From positions 515,833 to 547,832 of the forward strand of contig NZ_RBIE01000001.1 of assembly GCF_003633715.1 (NCBI RefSeq): a stretch of 32,000 nucleotides of DNA, written 5' to 3'. Positions 26,362-32,000 of this stretch are shown here, one piece after another. The DNA comes from Thermovibrio guaymasensis (lineage in GTDB: Bacteria > Aquificota > Aquificia > Desulfurobacteriales > Desulfurobacteriaceae). Numbering within the stretch: the first letter of the stretch is position 1; every line of letters begins with the position of its first letter. A program made the position numbers and the translations under genes. The notes under the pieces were generated by a model. The model ran no database searches. It worked only from the letters and a program-made list of their open reading frames with translations, and was not told the DNA's origin.

Positions 26362-27288
26362 ATGAAGTACATCTTCGGCCCCGTATTTTCTAGAAGGCTG
26401 GGACTTTCGCTGGGAGTTGACCTAGTTCCCCACAAAGTCTGCAGTATGGACTGCCTCTACTGTGAAGTTGGTCCAACTACCGAGAAGACTCTGGAAAGGG
26501 CTGAGTACGTTCCCCTATCGGGAGTTATTTCCGAACTCAAGGAGTACCTTTCCTATAAGCCGGAAATTGATTACGTGACCTTTTCAGGATACGGAGAGCC
26601 TACCCTCTTTTCCCGTTTAGGAGAGCTTGTTGACTTCTTAAAGGACAATTACCCTTACAGGCTGGCCCTTTTGACGAACTCCTCTCTCCTTAAAAGGGAC
26701 GATGTTTTAAAAGATGTTAAAAGGATTGACCTGGTTCTCCCCTCCCTTGATGCAGGTTCTGAGGAAGTCTTTAGGAAAGTAAACAGGCCCGTTCCCGGCC
26801 TATCACTTAAGGACGTTGTTGAGGGAATTGGTAGGTTAATTAGTGAAACTTCCTGTCAGGTCTGGATTGAAACCCTATTTGTTAAGGGTATAAATGACTC
26901 TCCTGAAGAGGTAGAGAGGATAGGTAACCTTATCCACACCCTTAAGCCCCATAAGTGGCAGTTAAATACCGTTTCAAGGCCACCTGCTTACGGAGTTAAA
27001 GGGCTTTCTTACGAAGAGCTTGAGGAGATTTCAAGGAGGGTTGGGTACCCTTCTACAGAGATTATCTCTAAGGGAGTAGCCAGTAGGAAGAAAGTTCCAA
27101 TCTCTCAGGTAAAGGAAGAGGTTTACGATATCGTTGTAAGGAGGCCTTGTCCGATTGACGAGCTCTGCGATGCCCTTGGAGTTTTGAGGGAGGAAGTTGA
27201 GGAGGCAGTTAAGGAGCTTATAAAGGAGGGCAAGGTTAAAGAGCTTTACTTTGGAGGGGAGCCATACGTAAAGGGTATTTCTGGTTAG
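26362..27288 (+). CDS. Radical SAM protein (COG0731-like) with C-terminal helical/winged-helix-like region
   Basis: 'YFGPVFSRRLGLSLGVDLVPHKVCSMDCLYCEVG'-type N-terminus (window sequence MKYIFGPVFSRRLGLSLGVDLVPHKVCSMDCLYCEVG) with CX3CX2C cluster motif. ORF track starts at a TTG at 26335; the ATG at 26362 with ggag upstream is more likely. Confidence 0.88.
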   Translation: MKYIFGPVFSRRLGLSLGVDLVPHKVCSMDCLYCEVGPTTEKTLERAEYVPLSGVISELKEYLSYKPEIDYVTFSGYGEPTLFSRLGELVDFLKDNYPYRLALLTNSSLLKRDDVLKDVKRIDLVLPSLDAGSEEVFRKVNRPVPGLSLKDVVEGIGRLISETSCQVWIETLFVKGINDSPEEVERIGNLIHTLKPHKWQLNTVSRPPAYGVKGLSYEELEEISRRVGYPSTEIISKGVASRKKVPISQVKEEVYDIVVRRPCPIDELCDALGVLREEVEEAVKELIKEGKVKELYFGGEPYVKGISG

Positions 27289-27296
27289 TTCTCCTA

Positions 27297-29855
27297 TTGC
27301 TTTTCCCTTTAAAGCTCTACTCGGCCACTTTGGAGCTCTCCCCTTCAGTTAAGGGCTGTATTGATGAATCATTAATTAAGCAAATTGAGGAGCAGAGTAA
27401 GAAGGTCTGTTCCTTTTCAGACTGCAAGGAAAATCTGAAAATCCTTTTAAATCACCTTGGCTACAGCGTAGAGGTTCAGGGTAATAGGCTATTAATTAAC
27501 GACTACAGACTAATTAAGAAAGTTAGGTTTATCGGTTTGCCTAAGGAGCTGCTTCCCGTTAAGAAGACGGTTACTCTGATGGCAGAGGGTAAGCTCATTG
27601 ACTCGGTGAACTTAGAGAATATTAAACAGATTTTAAGGTTAAAGCTCCACTCTTTCGGTTACTCTGAGCCGAACCTCTCCCTAACTCTTAAAAGAGAGCA
27701 CTGCGGTTACGTTCTTTTAGTTAAAGTTGAGAGTGGCTACAGGCTCGTTGTAAAGGAAATTTCTGTTGTAGCTCCCAATCCCTTTAAGGAGTTAGCCCTT
27801 TCCCTCTTTTCCCCTTTAAAGGGTAGAGCCGTTAACTACGTAACTTTGAGGGAAATTGAGGAAAAACTTGAAGAGGAACTGTCAAAAAGGGGGTACTACA
27901 ACGGTAGAGTTTCAATATCTGTTATACCTGAGAAAGTAAGTTCTTTCAGCCTTGAGAAAGTTAAACCCGTCTCACTATTTATTAAAGTTGAACCTGGTAA
28001 GCTGTATAAAGTTAGATTCAAGGGGAATAAGCACTTTGATTCAGGAAAACTTGAGAGTTTAACCACTTTTAAAAGGGCCCGCTCTGTTGATGAGTTTGAG
28101 CTTGAAAATAGCAAAAGGAAAATAGAGGAGTTCTACCGTAACAACGGGTTTCCTTTTGTAAAAGTTAGTTATTCTGTCATTGAGAAGGGAAGTACTGCCA
28201 TAATTACGTTTACGGTTGAAGAGGGTGTTAAGGTAGTCGTTAGGAGGGTAGAGTGTAAAGGTTTTAATTTAGAGGAGAAGAGATTAAAAGCTCTTCTGGG
28301 TAAGCCTTTTAACTACGAAAAAGTTAAGGAAATTTTAAGTGAGATAAAGGCTCTTCTAAAAGAAAAAGGTTACCTTTCTCCCTCTGTCTCTTACGAAGTT
28401 GATAGGGGCGGAGATTTAAGGATTTTAGTTAGAAAAGGACCCATTTACAGGGTCGTTTCTGTAAGCATTTTCGGAGATAGGCTCTCCTGTTTTAAAGTTC
28501 CACACCTTCCTCTACCTCTTACGTATAAGCTTAAAAAGAGGATAACAGACTCAATATACCGCTGTTATTCAAAGAAGGGATATCCCGACGTTAAAGTAGA
28601 CTTGGAAGAGGAGCTTATTTCCTCTTCACCATCTTATAGGGACTATAAGCTTATCTTAAAAGTCTCTCCCGGTCAGTTTTACAGGTTCTGTTACGTTTTA
28701 GTTAGGGGGTTAAAGAGGACTAAGCTCTACACGGTTAAAAATTTGATTATCATTGAGCCTGGAGAGGTCTATTCAAGGGAGAAAATTACAAAACAGTACT
28801 CAAAACTCCTTGACAGTAGACTCTTTTCCTCAATAAGGATAAGTGAAGTAAAGGGAGAGGGCTGTTTTAGTCAAGTAATAGACCTTAAAGAAGGAGCTCT
28901 CTTTAGGGCAAAGGGATTTGTAGGATACGGTACGGACAGCGGTTACGTTTTAAACGGCCTTGTCTCTTCAACTTCTCCCTTTGGTATGGGAGTGAAATAC
29001 TTCCTTTTTGGTAACTACAGGCAGAAGGAGGGTTACGACGCTGTTTTTAAGCTCCTAAAGCCAGCCTTTCCGTTTAAGGACTACGACGTTTCCTACTCAA
29101 TAGTGAAGAAGGAGCAGATTTACGAGAGTTTTAAGTTTGATCGGGTTTACTACGATTTCTCCATTCACAGGAAAGCTTCACGCTCTTTTTCACAGGAGTT
29201 TTCATTCAAAATATCCCGTTCTAAGCTTAAAGATACGTCTATTAGGGACAAGAAACTTACACTTGAGAGGAAGTTTTCCTACACTCAGCTTTACGATAAG
29301 AGGGATAACGTTTCCAATCCTAAGAGGGGTTTCCTTTCCAAAACTGTAATTTCCCTTTCAGGCCTCTTACTCGGAGGTAATACTTCCTACTACTTAATTG
29401 AAGAGAGGTTTAACTACCTTTACAGTTTCGGCAGGAGTGTTCTCTCCTTCAGGTTTGGGGCTGGAGCTATTACCTCCCTTGAAGGTAAAAAGGTTCCCGT
29501 TGAAGATAGGTTTTTCCTCGGAGGTGCGGAGAGCGTTAGAGGTTATAAGTACGGAACTATCTCTCCAGTTGATGAGAAGGGGAACTTTGTCGGTGGTAGG
29601 GCATACGGACTCTTTAGCTTGGAGCTGAGACATCCTCTGAAGGGGAACCTTGAAGGGGCTCTCTTTTACGACTCTGGAGAGGTCTTTCCTTCACCTCAAG
29701 ACTTTAGACTCTCAGGCTGGTACTCCTCCGTTGGAGTAGGCCTTCGTTACATAACCCCGGTAGGTCCTCTAAGGGTTGATTACGGCTACAAACTCAAGAA
29801 AGTTTCTAGTCAAGGAAGGGGAAGGTTCCACATCTCTTTCGGCTTTCCCTTTTAA
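27297..29855 (+). CDS. Omp85-family outer-membrane protein (BamA/TamA-like), multiple POTRA domains
   Basis: 852 aa from the TTG at 27297. Several POTRA-like repeats ('GKLYKVRFKGNKHFDSGKLES...NGFPFVKVSYSV'), barrel motif 'FFLGGAESVRGYKYGTI', terminal 'GPLRVDYGYKLKKVSSQGRGRFHISFGFPF'. The N-terminal boundary may be further upstream. Confidence 0.9.
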   Translation: MLFPLKLYSATLELSPSVKGCIDESLIKQIEEQSKKVCSFSDCKENLKILLNHLGYSVEVQGNRLLINDYRLIKKVRFIGLPKELLPVKKTVTLMAEGKLIDSVNLENIKQILRLKLHSFGYSEPNLSLTLKREHCGYVLLVKVESGYRLVVKEISVVAPNPFKELALSLFSPLKGRAVNYVTLREIEEKLEEELSKRGYYNGRVSISVIPEKVSSFSLEKVKPVSLFIKVEPGKLYKVRFKGNKHFDSGKLESLTTFKRARSVDEFELENSKRKIEEFYRNNGFPFVKVSYSVIEKGSTAIITFTVEEGVKVVVRRVECKGFNLEEKRLKALLGKPFNYEKVKEILSEIKALLKEKGYLSPSVSYEVDRGGDLRILVRKGPIYRVVSVSIFGDRLSCFKVPHLPLPLTYKLKKRITDSIYRCYSKKGYPDVKVDLEEELISSSPSYRDYKLILKVSPGQFYRFCYVLVRGLKRTKLYTVKNLIIIEPGEVYSREKITKQYSKLLDSRLFSSIRISEVKGEGCFSQVIDLKEGALFRAKGFVGYGTDSGYVLNGLVSSTSPFGMGVKYFLFGNYRQKEGYDAVFKLLKPAFPFKDYDVSYSIVKKEQIYESFKFDRVYYDFSIHRKASRSFSQEFSFKISRSKLKDTSIRDKKLTLERKFSYTQLYDKRDNVSNPKRGFLSKTVISLSGLLLGGNTSYYLIEERFNYLYSFGRSVLSFRFGAGAITSLEGKKVPVEDRFFLGGAESVRGYKYGTISPVDEKGNFVGGRAYGLFSLELRHPLKGNLEGALFYDSGEVFPSPQDFRLSGWYSSVGVGLRYITPVGPLRVDYGYKLKKVSSQGRGRFHISFGFPF

Positions 29856-30847
29856 AGAATGCTCTTATAGTAACTTTCCTCAAGGGCTAACTCAATCTCT
29901 TTAAAGAGCTTTGACTTTATCTCTTTAAGGTCTCCCTCAGTTTCGTACCCTGCAGCCATCCTGTGGCCTCCTCCCCCTAACTTCTTAGCTATCTTTGCTA
30001 CGTTGACCTTTCCCTTTGAACGTAGGGAAACCTTCCACTTTCCTTTGCCTTCAACTTCTTTGAAGAAGACTGCTACTTCAACTCCGTTTATGGATCGGGG
30101 ATAACTTATAAAGCCTTCCGATTCCTCCGGGTAGGCTCCTGTCTCCTCAAGGAACTTCCTGTAGAGTGTTATGTGGGCAACTTTCCCGTTAAGTGCAAAG
30201 TCTAGAGTTTTGAGTACGAGCTCAAGGAGTTTAAACTTGTTAATTCTGTTCCTCTCAAAGAGTGAACTATAAACTCTGTAAGGTTCAACTCCCCTTTCCA
30301 ATAACTCTGAAGCTATTTTAAGCGTCCTTGGGCTCGTGTTTGAGTAGTTGAAACTCCCCGTATCTGTAACTATTCCTGTGTATAGCGAAGTAGCAATAGG
30401 AGTATCTATAAGTTCTGGTTCAGCTATTTTCATTATTCCGTAGGAAAGCTCGCAGGTACTTGATATGTCCGGCTCAACTATGTAGTAGTCTGTAAACGGC
30501 TCAGCAGTTATGTGGTGGTCTATTACAAGGCTCTTTTTAGCCGGAATGTTTTCAAACCCGGTTCTTTTAGGGTCTGAGACGTCCGTTATTATTACCCAGT
30601 CAAACTCCCCCTTTATCTCTGGTCCACTTTCAACTTCATTAACTCCAGGTAGGAAGTCAAAGAAGTAGGGGATTCTATCCCTGTAAAAGATTTTTACTTC
30701 CTTTCCAAGCTTCTTAAGGAAATGGTACCAGCCTAGAGAGCTCCCGATAGCGTCTCCGTCTGGGTTTTTATGGGTTGTTATAAGGATCTTTCCCGTCATT
30801 CCCTTTATAAGTTCAGCTACTTCACTTCTGGTTAGTCCTTTACTCAT
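29852..30847 (-). CDS. DHH/DHHA1 phosphoesterase, NrnA-like (oligoribonuclease / pAp-phosphatase)
   Basis: 331 aa. 'KILITTHKNPDGDAIGSSLGWYHFL', 'WVIITDVSDPKRTG', 'KSLVIDHHIT', C-terminal 'KLGGGGHRMAAGYE'. Confidence 0.92.
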   Translation of the reverse strand: MSKGLTRSEVAELIKGMTGKILITTHKNPDGDAIGSSLGWYHFLKKLGKEVKIFYRDRIPYFFDFLPGVNEVESGPEIKGEFDWVIITDVSDPKRTGFENIPAKKSLVIDHHITAEPFTDYYIVEPDISSTCELSYGIMKIAEPELIDTPIATSLYTGIVTDTGSFNYSNTSPRTLKIASELLERGVEPYRVYSSLFERNRINKFKLLELVLKTLDFALNGKVAHITLYRKFLEETGAYPEESEGFISYPRSINGVEVAVFFKEVEGKGKWKVSLRSKGKVNVAKIAKKLGGGGHRMAAGYETEGDLKEIKSKLFKEIELALEESYYKSIL

Positions 30848-31143
30848 AGCATTACCTCTGGAGCTACTATGAACTCTGGTTTTGGAACCGTCCTTACCTT
30901 TATCCTCTTTCCAAGTAAGTGTCTTATGTATCTGCTTGCCCTGTTTAGGACTTCAACTGCCCTTATTGCGTCTTCCTTTTTTAGTCCTGATATAAAAACG
31001 GTTGCTTTACTGCCATCTTTTGAGAGCTCTACCCTCTGAACGGTTATGAACACGTCCTCAGGGAGGTCTATTTCCCTCCTTATAATCTCAGAGATTTCCC
31101 TAAGGAGCGTTGACTTTAGCCTCTCTCTTCTAATGCCTTTCAT
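30844..31143 (-). CDS. rbfA: 30S ribosome-binding factor A
   Basis: 99 aa. 'RLKSTLLREISEIIRREI...VFITVQRVELSKDGSKATVFIS', 'LGKRIKVRTVPKPEFI'. Adjacent to an NrnA-like gene as in many bacteria. Confidence 0.88.
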   Translation of the reverse strand: MKGIRRERLKSTLLREISEIIRREIDLPEDVFITVQRVELSKDGSKATVFISGLKKEDAIRAVEVLNRASRYIRHLLGKRIKVRTVPKPEFIVAPEVML

Positions 31144-32000
31144 CTACTCTCCACTTACAGTAAGTTCTTTTACTAAGACCGAGGGACTGCAGACGTTTCC
31201 CAGCCACTTCTGATCTGATCCTACTTCGGTTATTCCGTTAAGGAGCTCCTTAACGTTCCCTGCGACTGTCATGCCGCTTACGGGAGTAACTTTCTCCCCA
31301 TCGTGATAGTATATTCCACTGATTCCTATTGAAAACTCTCCTGAGATAGGGTTTATTGTGTGGATACCCATTGCATCAGTTATGAGTAGAACCTCTTTTG
31401 GAGTCTTTATCAGTTCCTCAAGGCCGAGAGCTCCCCTTTCAACAACTAGGTTTGTAACTCCGCAAGTAGGAGGGTTACTAATACTTGGCCTTATTCCGTT
31501 TCCCGTTGGGTTGAGCCCGAGCTTTTTGGCAGTGTAGAGGTCAACGAGGAAGTTCTTCAGCGTTCCCCTTTCAATTATTGCCTTTTTCTTCGTTGCCGTT
31601 CCTTCATCGTCGTAAGGGGCGCTTCCCGTACCGTCTTTGTGGAGTGGATCGTCGTACAGGTTGAGGACATGGCTTGCAACCTCGTGGCTTAGTTTATCTG
31701 CAAATAGGGATTTCCTCCTTAAGACGTTGTGGCCTAAGAATGCAGACGAAAGGGCCTCTATGAGCTCTGCGAAGACTCTATTTTTGAAGATGACTGGGAT
31801 TCTGCAGGTTTTCATTGGTTTTGCTCCAAGGAGTTCCACTGCACTGGAAGCTGCTCCTACTGCCACTTCAACGGGATTGAGTTCAGAGAAGAAACGTTTA
31901 CTCTGGTAATCCCAACCTATTTGGGAACTATCCCCTTCCCTTGCTGCAAGGAGGATGCTCAACCAGTAGTTAGTTGTTGAGTATGAAAAAGAGTTGCCAT
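31144..32000 (-). CDS. pmbA: PmbA/TldE-like protein (5' end outside window)
   Basis: The frame stays open past the track start at 31962 to the window edge (GNSFSYSTTNYWLSILLAAREGDSSQ...). Features include 'GSAPYDDEGTATKKKAIIERGTLKNFLVDLYTAKKLGLNPTGNGIR' and 'ISGIYYHDGEKVTPVSGMTVAGN', without the TldD HExxxH. Confidence 0.9.
   Translation of the reverse strand, partial: GNSFSYSTTNYWLSILLAAREGDSSQIGWDYQSKRFFSELNPVEVAVGAASSAVELLGAKPMKTCRIPVIFKNRVFAELIEALSSAFLGHNVLRRKSLFADKLSHEVASHVLNLYDDPLHKDGTGSAPYDDEGTATKKKAIIERGTLKNFLVDLYTAKKLGLNPTGNGIRPSISNPPTCGVTNLVVERGALGLEELIKTPKEVLLITDAMGIHTINPISGEFSIGISGIYYHDGEKVTPVSGMTVAGNVKELLNGITEVGSDQKWLGNVCSPSVLVKELTVSGE

Noticed and set aside
1-32000. CRISPR array, tRNA/rRNA gene, transposase, prophage or toxin-antitoxin pair
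   Set aside because: No regularly spaced repeats, no cloverleaf-like segment noticed, and no recombinase, transposase or phage genes. The few non-coding gaps are under about 90 nt.

Overview
This is a dense, almost fully coding bacterial chromosomal window. Gene content and style suggest a thermophilic Aquificota / Desulfurobacteriaceae-like genome, but that is inference. It has four transcriptional blocks. Block 1 (+, 1-5856): NuoN 3' end, selA, then a translationally overlapping TonB-dependent receptor, small secreted (possibly substrate-binding-like) protein and membrane GGDEF diguanylate cyclase, ending in a strong bidirectional hairpin. Block 2 (-, 26273-5875): NSS-family transporter, an unlisted 51-aa membrane ORF, Rad50/SbcC-like ATPase, MscS-like channel, PhoH, 7TM-HD (PgpH-like) phosphohydrolase, diacylglycerol kinase, DUF2905-like protein, single-POTRA Omp85-like barrel, stand-alone nitrilase/glutaminase, NAD synthetase, TldD and a class-I amidotransferase. 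After a promoter-like spacer the same strand carries an RND efflux MFP and permease, two secreted coiled-coil proteins (one with LysM) and a 109-aa hypothetical. Block 3 (+): COG0731-like radical SAM protein and an 852-aa Omp85/BamA-like protein. Block 4 (-): PmbA-like (partial), RbfA, NrnA-like DHH phosphoesterase. I found no tRNA, rRNA, CRISPR array or mobile element. The best candidates for something under-described are the TonB receptor / periplasmic protein / Cys-bearing GGDEF module, the unlisted NSS small-subunit-like ORF at 24613-24768, the split glutamine-dependent NAD synthetase, the paired cysteine-containing coiled-coil proteins behind the RND pump, and the single-POTRA mini-Omp85.
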